Shown: piece after piece, positions 18,800-28,238 of the stretch
How positions within the stretch are numbered: the first letter of the stretch is position 1
Layout of the letters: the number at the start of each line of letters is the position of its first letter
NCBI GenBank assembly: GCA_045636665.1
Contig: JAZTXY010000086.1
Location: 72,031 to 136,030, forward strand
DNA length: 64,000 bases
Source: Eubacteriales bacterium
GTDB lineage: Bacteria; Bacillota; Clostridia; Oscillospirales; CAG-382
Reading direction: 5' to 3'
Notes under the pieces: model-generated
What the model was told of the DNA's origin: nothing
The model's input: only the letters and a program-made list of their open reading frames with translations
Database searches by the model: none
Translations under genes and position numbers: made by a program

Positions 18800-20359
18800 A
18801 TGAAATATATCCGTAAAATATCATTAATGCTTCTTGCGTTTTTGATTACAGTGGTTTCGTTGTCGGGCATTGCTTCGGCAGAGGGAGAAGCTACGAATAA
18901 CCCCGGAATTAATTCGGGTAACGCTTTTGCGGCATACTGCATCGATGACGATCAGTTCCTTTATTCCAAGCGTCTTGACGAAAAGGTTGCGCCTACGGTT
19001 GCGACAAAGCTGGTTGCCTTAATGGTTGCGAGCGATATTCTTAAGGAGCGCGGACTCAACAGCGCCGAAACAGAGGTAACGGTTACCGCCGAGGCGATCG
19101 CAAATTCAGGCGATATTTCCGACGTGCGCGTGCCTGTAATGGGCTATTCCGAAGGCTCGGTGCGTACGGTAAGAGAGCTTTATTCGGCAACGCTGGTCGC
19201 CTGTGCAAACGATGCCATCGCCGCGATCGCATGTGATTTCGGTGAAAAGTATCTCGGCGGCGGGATTATGGAGTTCGTTGCCAGAATGAACAAAAAGGCA
19301 GAGCAGATAGGACTTCAGAATACAAGATTTGAAAATCCTACGGGACTCGATTCTCCGAATCAGTATACGACCGTACGCGAGGTCGTAAAGATAGCGGCGG
19401 CTTTTTATCAGTACGATGAGCTTGTAAAGCTTTCCGACGTTGAATCCTATTTCAACGGAAAAAGCACGGTGAGAAATAAAAACTATCTTAAAAGCAATTA
19501 TTACGTCGACGGCTTTCTTAACAAAAACGCAATAGGCCTTATCGCGGGACAGCTTAACAAGGCGGGCAATTACTGCCTTATCACCGCAAGCCAAAAAGAG
19601 GGAAGAACCTATATATACGTCGTTATGTGCGCAAGCGGTATGGTCGTAACGCGTGACGAGGAAAACCGAGTTTCCTATTCCTTCGGCGCGGGTAACGCCT
19701 ACGTTGATATGAACAAGCTTATAAGCTGGACACGAGAATCGTTTATTCTTGTTCCCATAGCGAAAACCGATGACATTGTCGGTGAGCTTCGCGTAAATTC
19801 GGGTGAAAGCGATCACGTTATGGTGGTTCCTGCCGAAAACGTCGAGAGATTGGTCAACGTTATCGGTGATACGGTCGCAATAGAAACCAAGCTTTTGCTC
19901 GATGAATCGATAGTATATAAAAAGGTGTTCAACGGCAAGGAATACGACACCATCGACGCCCCCTTGACCGCCGGACAGCGAGTCGGTACAATCGTATACA
20001 GCCACAACGGGAACGAATTGGCAAGAGTTGACGTTGTCGTAAGAGACGACATCGACGGCGACGGCTTGAAATCGGCAATGGACAGCGTTGAAAGCTTCCT
20101 TTTCGGCGACGTTATGATAACCATTCTTTATATAATCGGCGGATTGGTTGTAATTTGGCTGATAATTACTGTCGTGACTGCGGTTGTACGCGGCGTGCTT
20201 CGCGCACGCGAGTCGGGTAAGCTTAAGGGCGCCGACCATACCGAAACCGAAAAACAACCTAAGAAACAGAAAAATCAAAAGAAAAAGTCGGTCAAGAAGC
20301 CCAAAAAACCAAAGAATAACGACCTTGACGACAAAACCGCGACAAGAGAAATGCATTAA
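18800..20359 (+). CDS. S11 D-alanyl-D-alanine carboxypeptidase homologue with substituted catalytic motifs, C-terminal TM helix and Lys-rich tail
   Basis: AAGGAG RBS and a signal peptide. Collinear with DacA/DacF (ENPTGLD conserved), but SxxK is VATK, SxN is CAN and KTG is IAG. Confidence 0.7.
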   Translation: MKYIRKISLMLLAFLITVVSLSGIASAEGEATNNPGINSGNAFAAYCIDDDQFLYSKRLDEKVAPTVATKLVALMVASDILKERGLNSAETEVTVTAEAIANSGDISDVRVPVMGYSEGSVRTVRELYSATLVACANDAIAAIACDFGEKYLGGGIMEFVARMNKKAEQIGLQNTRFENPTGLDSPNQYTTVREVVKIAAAFYQYDELVKLSDVESYFNGKSTVRNKNYLKSNYYVDGFLNKNAIGLIAGQLNKAGNYCLITASQKEGRTYIYVVMCASGMVVTRDEENRVSYSFGAGNAYVDMNKLISWTRESFILVPIAKTDDIVGELRVNSGESDHVMVVPAENVERLVNVIGDTVAIETKLLLDESIVYKKVFNGKEYDTIDAPLTAGQRVGTIVYSHNGNELARVDVVVRDDIDGDGLKSAMDSVESFLFGDVMITILYIIGGLVVIWLIITVVTAVVRGVLRARESGKLKGADHTETEKQPKKQKNQKKKSVKKPKKPKNNDLDDKTATREMH

Positions 20360-20487
20360 TTGTGAACAAATTATTAAATTTTTGTATGAGTATTGCATTT
20401 ATGCTTTGTGTGTGGTAATATTTAGTTTAGCCGCGATTGGAAAGTGCCTATCGCTGCATATACATATTGAAAGGAATTTTAATTATT

Positions 20488-20868
20488 ATGTCTACTATCG
20501 AATACATTATTGGCGGCATCCTTCTCGTTCTTGCTATCGCTCTCGTTGCGCTTATCGGTATGCAACAGGGTAAACGCGGCGGTCTCGGCAATTCTATTGC
20601 CGGTCAAGGCGCAAGCGAATCCTACCTTGCAAAGAACAATATCGGCAACAAGGATAAATCGCGTCAAAAGCTTACCTTGGTAATCGCGATCCTCTTCGTT
20701 GTTCTCGTTCTCGTTCTTTTCATCATCGGTTCGATTGAAGAAACCTCCGAAGGCACCACCTCCACCACTTCCACCACTACTTCGGAATCCTCTGCGACCG
20801 AATCCTCGGTTGCTGAATCTTCCGTTGCTGACGCTTCTGCTGAAGCATCCGCTGAAGAATCCAAATAA
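20488..20868 (+). CDS. secG: Preprotein translocase subunit SecG with a Ser/Thr/Glu-rich C-terminal tail
   Basis: GAAAGGAA RBS. MSTIEYIIGGILLVLAIALVALIGMQQGKRGGLG..., a second TM helix, then a ~45-aa low-complexity tail. Confidence 0.8.
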   Translation: MSTIEYIIGGILLVLAIALVALIGMQQGKRGGLGNSIAGQGASESYLAKNNIGNKDKSRQKLTLVIAILFVVLVLVLFIIGSIEETSEGTTSTTSTTTSESSATESSVAESSVADASAEASAEESK

Positions 20869-20883
20869 AACCGTTAAAACAAA

Positions 20884-20911
20884 AGCCGCGGAGTATCTGC
20901 GGCTTTTTTTC
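20884..20911 (+). terminator. Rho-independent terminator after secG
   Basis: AGCCGC-loop-GCGGCT followed by T7. Confidence 0.75.
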
Positions 20912-21073
20912 TTTGTAAAAAAGAGTCAGCTTGTTTTGGCATTTTGCCTTTCGGCATTTGCCGTATCCTTGTAATCGCGGCGGTTGTCATTATCAAGAAA
21001 AAGCAATAAAGCGTGAAAATTTAAGGAGTGGCAAATCGCCGCTCCTTTTACTTTAAAAAGATAGTGCGAATTG

Positions 21074-21102
21074 TTGACAAAATCCGTCTTTGGGTGTATT
21101 AT
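21074..21102 (+). promoter_or_regulatory. Sigma-A type promoter for the gtrA-like operon
   Basis: TTGACA-N17-TATTAT, 30 nt upstream of the start codon. Confidence 0.6.
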
Positions 21103-21132
21103 AAATATAACTATATTTAACGGGATGCTGTT

Positions 21133-21606
21133 ATGGAAAACAAAAAGAAAAATTTAATTAAAGAAATACTTAGATATCTCGTTGCGGGCGGAAGCGCTTT
21201 CGTGTTCGACCTGCTTACAAAAACACTTTTCCATTCGTTTATCTTACCTGCCGATATGGGTACCTTTTCGGTGCTCGGCTTTGAAAACGAGGTTCGTGTT
21301 ACCCTTGCGACCGTTGCGGGCTTTATCGTCGGTCTTATTGTGAATTATCTTATTTCTATATTCTTTGTTTTTACTACCGAACAGCAAAAGGAACGCGGCA
21401 AGGGTGTAAAGGCCTTCCTTATCTATCTTGCCGTTTCGCTTGTCGGCTTGCTGGTCAACATCGGCGTTACCCAGCTCGGCTGCACGCTTCTTTCCGTCGG
21501 CAAGGAAAACACGGTTATGTTTATGCTCGTAAGCTGCGTTGCCGCAGGCGTAGCGCTTATTTGGAATTATATCGGACGTAAGATTTTCGTCTATAAAGGA
21601 GAATAA
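21133..21606 (+). CDS. GtrA-family membrane protein
   Basis: 4-TM protein. [17 protein letters not shown]-terminal motif. Confidence 0.75.
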   Translation: MENKKKNLIKEILRYLVAGGSAFVFDLLTKTLFHSFILPADMGTFSVLGFENEVRVTLATVAGFIVGLIVNYLISIFFVFTTEQQKERGKGVKAFLIYLAVSLVGLLVNIGVTQLGCTLLSVGKENTVMFMLVSCVAAGVALIWNYIGRKIFVYKGE

Positions 21607-21608
21607 AA

Positions 21609-23168
21609 ATGGCGAAGAAAGTGGTTGTTATCGGCGCAGGCCCCGCGGGACTTACCGCCGCTTATGAATTGGTTACAAAATCAAACGATTACGAGGTGAC
21701 CGTGCTTGAAGAGAGCAACGACCTCGGCGGTATATCAAAAACCGTAAATTACAAGGGCAACCGTATGGATATGGGCGGACACCGCTTCTTTTCCAAAATG
21801 CCCGAGGTAAATGAATGGTGGGAAAACCTTCTTCCTATGCAGGGCTCGCCCTCTTATGACGACCTTAAGCTTGAAAGAACGCCCACTCTTGCCGAAAACG
21901 GTCCCGACCCCGAAAAGGAAGACCACGTAATGCTTTACCGCGGCAGAGTTTCGCGTATATTCTTCAATCAAAAATTCTTCGATTACCCCATATCGCTTAA
22001 ATGGGAAACCTTTATGAATATGGGACTCTGGAACGACGTTGTCGTTGTTTTCAGCTATCTTAAATCTGCGATGTTTAAGCGCGAGGAAAAATCGCTTGAG
22101 GACTTTTATATCAACCGCTTCGGTAAAAAGCTTTATTCGATGTTCTTTGAGCATTATACCGCAAACCTTTGGGGCAGACACCCGAGCGAAATCGATGCTT
22201 CTTGGGGCGCACAGCGTGTTAAAGGCCTTTCTATCGTTGCAATAATCAAGGATATGTTCGGCAAGCTTCTCCCCGGCAAAAAGGACCGCAAGGGTGAAAC
22301 CTCGCTTATCGAGGAATTCAAATATCCCAAGCTCGGTCCCGGTCAGCTTTGGGAAATTGCCGCAGACGAGGTCGTAAAGCACGGCGGCAAAATTTTGAAG
22401 AACTGCAAGGTCACCAAAATACATAAAAATGCCGATAACAAGCTTACCGGCGTTACCTATGAATCTAACGGACAGGAAATTACGCTTGAAGCCGATATCG
22501 TTCTTTCCTCGATGCCCGTTAAGGACCTCGTTATGGGTATGAACGACGTGCCCGAAAAAGAGCTTGAAATTGCAAAGGGCTTGCCCTACAGAGATTATAT
22601 CACTCTCGGCGTGCTCGTTCCCAAGCTTGCGCTTAAAAACAAAACCAAGCGCAAGACAGTTTCGAACATCATCCCCGATAACTGGGTTTACGTTCACGAC
22701 AGAAGCGTAACGATGGGACGCTTCCAAATTTATAACAACTGGTCGCCTTATATGGTAAAGGACCTTGAAAACACCGTTTGGATAGGTCTTGAATATTTCG
22801 TTACCGAGGGCGATAATTATTGGAATATGACCGAAGCGGAATTTGCCGAAATCGCTATCAAGGAAATGGTAACCGTCGGACTTATCGAATCGACCGATTG
22901 CGTTATCGATTTCCACGAGGAAAAGGTTAAAAAGGCATATCCCGCATATTTCGATACCTATTCCGAAATGGATACCCTTGTTAAATATTTAAGCGGAATC
23001 GAAAACCTTTACTGTATCGGCAGAAACGGTCAGCACAGATATAACAACCTTGACCACTCGATGTGCACGTCCTTTGAAGCGGTCAAAAATATCCTTTCGG
23101 GCTCAACCGATAAATCCAACGTTTGGAGCGTAAACACCGAAAAGGAATATCACGAAACCAAGAAATAA
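21609..23168 (+). CDS. FAD/NAD(P)-dependent oxidoreductase (amine-oxidase / UDP-galactopyranose-mutase-like)
   Basis: [28 protein letters not shown] dinucleotide-binding motif. Coupled to the gtrA-like gene by a 2-nt gap. Confidence 0.7.
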   Translation: MAKKVVVIGAGPAGLTAAYELVTKSNDYEVTVLEESNDLGGISKTVNYKGNRMDMGGHRFFSKMPEVNEWWENLLPMQGSPSYDDLKLERTPTLAENGPDPEKEDHVMLYRGRVSRIFFNQKFFDYPISLKWETFMNMGLWNDVVVVFSYLKSAMFKREEKSLEDFYINRFGKKLYSMFFEHYTANLWGRHPSEIDASWGAQRVKGLSIVAIIKDMFGKLLPGKKDRKGETSLIEEFKYPKLGPGQLWEIAADEVVKHGGKILKNCKVTKIHKNADNKLTGVTYESNGQEITLEADIVLSSMPVKDLVMGMNDVPEKELEIAKGLPYRDYITLGVLVPKLALKNKTKRKTVSNIIPDNWVYVHDRSVTMGRFQIYNNWSPYMVKDLENTVWIGLEYFVTEGDNYWNMTEAEFAEIAIKEMVTVGLIESTDCVIDFHEEKVKKAYPAYFDTYSEMDTLVKYLSGIENLYCIGRNGQHRYNNLDHSMCTSFEAVKNILSGSTDKSNVWSVNTEKEYHETKK

Positions 23169-23180
23169 AGGAGCAATGCT

Positions 23181-23765
23181 ATGAATTTTTTGGAAGAACG
23201 CATTGTTAAAGACGGCATAGTTAAAGAGGGCAACGTTTTAAAGGTCGACAGCTTTTTGAATCACCAAATGGACATATCGCTTATGGACCAAATCGGCGAG
23301 GAGTTTTATAAACGCTTTAAGGATAAAAAGGTTACTAAGGTCCTCACTATTGAGGCATCGGGTATCGCAATCGCCTGCTCGGTTGCAAGATGCTTCGGTG
23401 TGCCGATGGTCTTTGCGAAGAAATCGAAAAGCGTCAATATCGACGGCGACGTTTTCGTTGCTGAGGTTGAATCGTTTACCCATAAAAACAAAAATAACGT
23501 AATCGTTTCCAAACGCTTCCTTAATGCCGATGACAGCGTGCTTATCGTTGACGATTTCCTTGCAAACGGCTGTGCTCTGCAGGGCTTGATTTCGATAGTC
23601 GAAAGCGCAGGCGCAACGGTTGCAGGACTTGGTATCGCAATCGAAAAGGGCTTCCAAATCGGCGGCCGCGTTATCCGTAACCTCGGTTATCATCTTGAAT
23701 CGCTTGCAATAGTCGATTCTATGGATGCCGCAACGGGTACCGTTGAATTCAGAGAACAAAAATAA
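23181..23765 (+). CDS. xpt: Xanthine phosphoribosyltransferase
   Basis: MNFLEERIVKDGIVKEGNVLKVDSFLNHQMD and the PRPP motif VLIVDDFLANG. Confidence 0.85.
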   Translation: MNFLEERIVKDGIVKEGNVLKVDSFLNHQMDISLMDQIGEEFYKRFKDKKVTKVLTIEASGIAIACSVARCFGVPMVFAKKSKSVNIDGDVFVAEVESFTHKNKNNVIVSKRFLNADDSVLIVDDFLANGCALQGLISIVESAGATVAGLGIAIEKGFQIGGRVIRNLGYHLESLAIVDSMDAATGTVEFREQK

Positions 23766-23797
23766 AGAAAAAAGGACTCAAACGAGTCCTTTTTGTT
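23761..23797. repeat. Direct repeat L: xpt stop codon plus terminator hairpin
   Basis: AATAAAGAAAAAAGGACTCAAACGAGTCCTTTTTGTT. Repeated at 25321-25359 with only homopolymer-length differences. Confidence 0.9.
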
Positions 23798-23912
23798 TTT
23801 TATAAACAAGCGATAAGGATGATTTTTGTAGGTTTTTTTAATTGCGATTTTGGGATAGGGTATGTTAAAATATAGTTACGATAACGAAAGGCTTTGCAAA
23901 GGAGATGAAGCA

Positions 23913-24386
23913 ATGAAGCTGTTATTTAAGCAAAGATTCTTCTCGTGGTTTGACAGCTATGATATTTATGACGAAGCAGGAAATACGGTGTTCGTTGTAA
24001 AGGGTGCGCTTGCGTGGGGACATCTGCTCCGCATTTATGATGTCTTCGGCAACGAGTTGGGCTGTGTAAAAGAAAAAATACTTACCTGGCTTCCAAAGTT
24101 CGAAATGTATATCGGGGACCGCTACATAGGATGCATCAAGAAAGAGATGTCCTTATTTAAGCCGAAGTTCAACATCGACTATAACGGCTGGCATATCGAG
24201 GGCGATTGGTTGGAGTGGAATTATTCAATCCTGAACTCGCAAGGCTATGGCGTTGCGTACGTATCGAAGGCGATTTGGAATTGGACGGACACCTATGTGA
24301 TCGACGTACGCGATCAACGGGACACTTTGTGTGCATTGATGCTCGTTCTTGCAATCGATGCCGAAAAATGCTCAAGAAAAAATTAG
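23913..24386 (+). CDS. LURP-one-related (DUF567, tubby/scramblase-like fold) protein
   Basis: AAAGGAG RBS. MKLLFKQRFFSWFDSYDIYDEAGNTVFVVKG is typical of the family. AT-richer than the flanking genes. Confidence 0.7.
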   Translation: MKLLFKQRFFSWFDSYDIYDEAGNTVFVVKGALAWGHLLRIYDVFGNELGCVKEKILTWLPKFEMYIGDRYIGCIKKEMSLFKPKFNIDYNGWHIEGDWLEWNYSILNSQGYGVAYVSKAIWNWTDTYVIDVRDQRDTLCALMLVLAIDAEKCSRKN

Positions 24387-24437
24387 ACACGGCAAGAGTG
24401 TTTAATATTTATTTAAAAATATATAAGGAGAATGGAT

Positions 24438-25322
24438 ATGACAAGAGCTAAAGCGCGGTTAGGTTCAATGAAAAAGATGCGTATTATTTCTTTAATTTTG
24501 GTGGTTTGCTCGCTTGCTTTAACCCTTTCGGCTTGTAATAGCGATACAATTACGGTAAATTCGAAGATTTTCGAAGAGCTCGAAGCCAAGGAAGTTGATA
24601 TACAATGGTTGAAAAACCATTTTATTGCAGGTGATGTCGAAAATGCCTATAATGGCCCGACCTTTTCACTTAACGAACGCGACGGTGTTATATATCTCGA
24701 GGAGTGGGAAGAAGAATTTTCGCACGTATGCAATATGAACTACGGTTATCTTGTCGGCATCGACAGGGGAGAATTCGGCAGTTGGGTATCGTGGTGTACT
24801 GATGCGTTGAATGAAGATAAGACAGTTATCGTTTCAAACGTAGAACGCCTATTTGATGAAAATTGCGTTGGATTTCTTAACCCGAAGATAAAGGAAGAAG
24901 ACGAAGAGGGGATTTATTGGCTCGATAACATCAATGTAGCGTATATATTTACATACTGTGTCAACCCCGATGATAGCGAGATATTATACAAAGGAAAAAT
25001 TTATAAGCTTGAGGTTACCGAAGACGGCGGATATAAGTGCGAGCTGTTTGCAGAGTTTGACACTGCACCGATGGCAATGTTGATCGATGCGACCGTCGAA
25101 GAAGAAAATATCATAGTCGCAACGGAACAAGCATTGCTTTCCGTAGACCAAAGCGGTAAAGTTACCGAGCTTTTCACCTCTGATTACTGGGAGTATCTCT
25201 ATCCGACGTCTATCGTAAAGGTCGATAATGCGTATTATGTCGGCACATCGTCGGGTATATTGAAATACAATATTGATACCGATGATGCGGTTTGGTATCC
25301 TTATTACGATATCGAAGAATAA
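24438..25322 (+). CDS. Lipoprotein, function unknown
   Basis: AAGGAG RBS. Signal peptide with lipobox LTLSAC. An alternative start is at 24432. Confidence 0.65.
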   Translation: MTRAKARLGSMKKMRIISLILVVCSLALTLSACNSDTITVNSKIFEELEAKEVDIQWLKNHFIAGDVENAYNGPTFSLNERDGVIYLEEWEEEFSHVCNMNYGYLVGIDRGEFGSWVSWCTDALNEDKTVIVSNVERLFDENCVGFLNPKIKEEDEEGIYWLDNINVAYIFTYCVNPDDSEILYKGKIYKLEVTEDGGYKCELFAEFDTAPMAMLIDATVEEENIIVATEQALLSVDQSGKVTELFTSDYWEYLYPTSIVKVDNAYYVGTSSGILKYNIDTDDAVWYPYYDIEE

Positions 25323-25359
25323 TAAAGAAAAAAAGGACTCAAACGAGTCCTTTTTTGTT
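25321..25359. repeat. Direct repeat R: second copy of the stop/terminator module; bidirectional terminator
   Basis: AATAAAGAAAAAAAGGACTCAAACGAGTCCTTTTTTGTT. Confidence 0.9.
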
Positions 25360-25362
25360 GCT

Positions 25363-26664
25363 TTATTTACCCGAAACGGTTATGCCGTCAAACGCCATAT
25401 AGGGTGCGACGACTGTGCCGTCGACAAGCGTTTCCTTGCTTATTGCGACGAGGTTGTTAAGCATAGAAGCAAGGTTTCCGCTAATCATCGTTTCGCTTAT
25501 CGCACGGCCGAGCTTGCCGTTTTCAATAAAGAATCCGTTTTTCGCAACGCCCGAAAATTCTCCGTTCGTGCCGGGTTGACCGCCCGAAAAGCGACCGATG
25601 ATAATGCCCTTGTCAATGCTCTTTATGATGTCTTCAAGCGGTGTTTCGCCGTTTTTGATAACCATTGCAAACGAGCTGTTCTTTGCACGCTTGTTTCCCG
25701 TCTTGTTTGCAACGTATTGCGAAAGCATAAAGCTGTTCAGAACACCGTCCTTGATAAAATCATAGTCCTCGGACAAATAACCCTCGCCCGTGAACAGCTC
25801 GCCGTTGACGATTCGCTCGTCGCTCGGATTAAATGAAACGGTAATTCTTTCGTCGGCGACCTTTTGTCCTAACTTATCCTTCCAAAGCGAGGTGCCGTCC
25901 AAAAGCACGCCGTCGGAAGCAAAGCCTCCGCAAATATTTCCGAAAACCGTGCCTACCAAGCAACCGGGGGTGAAAACTACCGTGCCGGTGAATTTGCCCT
26001 CGGTAGACGCCGATTCTATTTGGTTTTCAATGTCGGTAAGCTCGCGCTCGATAAACGCGCAATCGATAAAAGGCTTGTCGAGGTCGGTAACCGTAACGTC
26101 GCTTCCGAAGAACGATGTCGATTTTTCACCCTCGTGCGCCGAATACATAAGCTCGGCAACGTATTTTCCGCTTTCGCTTTCATAACAGTTGCCCGTTGTG
26201 CTCATATAAACACCCTTCGAGCAAACGTGCTTGGTTATCATTTGCTCAAGAATAATTTTGGGATGGCGGTTTTTGATATCCTCGGCAAGCTCCTTCGTGC
26301 GGAAGAAAAGCTTTTCGGTGTCGGGTATCAGCGCCCCGCGTGAGAAACGTCTTTCGCCGTTGCCGCTTGCAAGCTCCCAAGCCGAATCGGGCGTTGCGCT
26401 GTTTGCGGCGGCGATGCAGTTGTCGATAGCTTCATCGACCGATTCATCGTCAAAACGGTTTATCGCAACCGAGCCCTTTTTACCGCCGATAAAAACGGTA
26501 ATACCGACGTAGCGGTTGAAAAGAGTGCGGAAAAGCGAAAATTCGTTTCCGTCGATGTTAAATTCGCGCATTTCGCTTTCGCGCACAGAGCAATGCGCCA
26601 TATCGGCGCCCTTTTCCTTGACCTTATCGATAATGCGTGATGCAATAATTCTGTACTTTTCCAT
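25363..26664 (-). CDS. pmbA: TldE/PmbA-family metalloprotease partner subunit
   Basis: GGAGG RBS. TldD/PmbA fold sequence without an HExxxH motif. A 2-nt gap separates it from tldD. Confidence 0.75.
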   Translation of the reverse strand: MEKYRIIASRIIDKVKEKGADMAHCSVRESEMREFNIDGNEFSLFRTLFNRYVGITVFIGGKKGSVAINRFDDESVDEAIDNCIAAANSATPDSAWELASGNGERRFSRGALIPDTEKLFFRTKELAEDIKNRHPKIILEQMITKHVCSKGVYMSTTGNCYESESGKYVAELMYSAHEGEKSTSFFGSDVTVTDLDKPFIDCAFIERELTDIENQIESASTEGKFTGTVVFTPGCLVGTVFGNICGGFASDGVLLDGTSLWKDKLGQKVADERITVSFNPSDERIVNGELFTGEGYLSEDYDFIKDGVLNSFMLSQYVANKTGNKRAKNSSFAMVIKNGETPLEDIIKSIDKGIIIGRFSGGQPGTNGEFSGVAKNGFFIENGKLGRAISETMISGNLASMLNNLVAISKETLVDGTVVAPYMAFDGITVSGK

Positions 26665-26666
26665 AA

Positions 26667-28052
26667 TCAGCGACCTCCGATCATAACCTTACAGCGCAAT
26701 GCGGGACCGCCCATACCGACAGGCATAGGTTGCTTTTTGCCGCAAAAGCCCGAGCTTGACCAAACGACCTCGTCGGACACCATATCGACGGTTTTGAGCA
26801 TATTAAAGGCAACGCCCGAAATCGTCGTATCGAGAAGCGCGCGTCCGAGCTTGCCGTTCTTTATTTCATAGCCCATCGAAACACCAAACATAAATTCACC
26901 CGTTGTGTCCGCTTGACCGTTGCTCGAATCGATAAGATAATAACCGTCGTCAACGCTTGCGATAATATCCTCAAGCTTGTCCTTGCCGGGAAGCACTGCG
27001 GTGTTACGCATACGGATAAGCGGCTCGTCCGAGAAGCCCCACGCTCTTGCGTTTCCGCAGGGCTCCATACCGAAGCGCTGTGCAGATTCGCGGTTGTTCA
27101 TATATCCGACAAGTATTCCGTTTTCGATTATCTTCGCATCCTTCGCCTCAACGCCCTCGTCATCAACGTAAACGGGAAGCGGCGCTTTTTCGCCAAACGC
27201 GGTGTGCGCGAAGTCGGTAAGATTAACGATTTCACTTGCAACCTGCTTATGGAGATTGGGACCTGCAACGCTTCCGCCAAGCACAAGGTCGGCTTCAACG
27301 GTGTGTCCGACCGCCTCATGCGCGAGCATACCCGTCATCATACCGCCCAAAACAACCGTCTTTTCGCCCGCATCGGCATAAACGCCCTCGCGCTTTTGCA
27401 TAAGACGCTCGTAAAGCGCATCGATTTCGGCATAAAGTGATTCGGGATTTTTGAAATTCGTTTCGAATCCGCCCTCACCGCCAAGCGCCTTGAAAAGCTC
27501 AACGGGAACACCGTTTGACGTTTCCGCGTTAAGAAAGACGTATATATACGAGCGCTGTAAGCAGGTGTGCGCATCGAATCCGTTGGAAACGCAAAGAAGC
27601 TTTTCTGTCGAATCCTCACGCGCGGCTACGGTTCGGCTTGTTAAATTCTTGTATTTTTCGGAAATATAAGCATCGATGCTTCTTGCGAAATCAACGTAAG
27701 CCTTTTGCTCGGTATCGTTGATGCCGTTTACCAAAAACTGTTTGCCGTTGCTTAATTGAGGGAGCATAGGTCTGCCCTTGTTTACGTTTTTATCCATAAA
27801 TTCGGCGTTTTCGTTCGCGGCGCGAAGCACCTCTTTAACCGCATCGGTCGAATATTCCGCCATCGAGGCAAAGCCATAGGTGCCGTTTTTGTAAACCCTT
27901 GCCGAAATGCCCGAAATATCCTGTCGGGCATTGCCCGTAAGGTTGCCCGAAACAATGGTTGCTCCGCGTGAGCGCGAAAGCTGACCGCGAAGCTCGGTGT
28001 GAGCGTTGGGTAAAAACAACGCCTTTTGGGGAGTTAATATATCCTTAAGCAA
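26667..28052 (-). CDS. tldD: TldD-family metalloprotease
   Basis: HEAVGHTVEAD zinc motif. I chose the TTG at 28052, preceded by AAGGAGG, over the track ATG at 28115. Confidence 0.8.
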   Translation of the reverse strand: MLKDILTPQKALFLPNAHTELRGQLSRSRGATIVSGNLTGNARQDISGISARVYKNGTYGFASMAEYSTDAVKEVLRAANENAEFMDKNVNKGRPMLPQLSNGKQFLVNGINDTEQKAYVDFARSIDAYISEKYKNLTSRTVAAREDSTEKLLCVSNGFDAHTCLQRSYIYVFLNAETSNGVPVELFKALGGEGGFETNFKNPESLYAEIDALYERLMQKREGVYADAGEKTVVLGGMMTGMLAHEAVGHTVEADLVLGGSVAGPNLHKQVASEIVNLTDFAHTAFGEKAPLPVYVDDEGVEAKDAKIIENGILVGYMNNRESAQRFGMEPCGNARAWGFSDEPLIRMRNTAVLPGKDKLEDIIASVDDGYYLIDSSNGQADTTGEFMFGVSMGYEIKNGKLGRALLDTTISGVAFNMLKTVDMVSDEVVWSSSGFCGKKQPMPVGMGGPALRCKVMIGGR

Positions 28053-28162
28053 AATAAAATACCTCCTTACTGTATCTTTATATAGTATAACACCGCTTGA
28101 TGCTTTTGTAAACATTTTTCGGTTATGCCGCAGGACTTTCGGTGTTTTCGTTGTGTTATATA

Positions 28163-28209
28163 TTTTTTTAAAAAATATGTGACAAAACGTATAATTTTTT
28201 CGTCTTAAC
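28163..28209 (+). promoter_or_regulatory. Promoter-like module, copy 1 (TGTGAC-N17-CGTCTTAAC preceded by an A/T tract)
   Basis: TTTTTTTAAAAAATATGTGACAAAACG-N10-CGTCTTAAC ends 30 nt before the GLUG lipoprotein start. Repeated at 29834-29880. Confidence 0.5.
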
Positions 28210-28238
28210 AGATGAAACCAAAAAAGGAGGTTGTTCCA

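Noticed and set aside
19106-20398. 430-aa minus-strand ORF
   Set aside because: It is antisense to the DacA-like gene and has the same codon-bias explanation. It shows no start context and no recognisable motifs.
21735-22916. 393-aa minus-strand ORF. Similar cases are 9568-10671, 11258-12262, 43876-44850, 1438-2328, 98-841, 12487-13182 and 52669-53319.
   Set aside because: All are antisense shadows of genes with clear family motifs.
23169-23180. I expected a purine riboswitch upstream of xpt.
   Set aside because: Only 12 nt separate xpt from the preceding gene, so there is no room for an aptamer. xpt is co-transcribed with the upstream genes.
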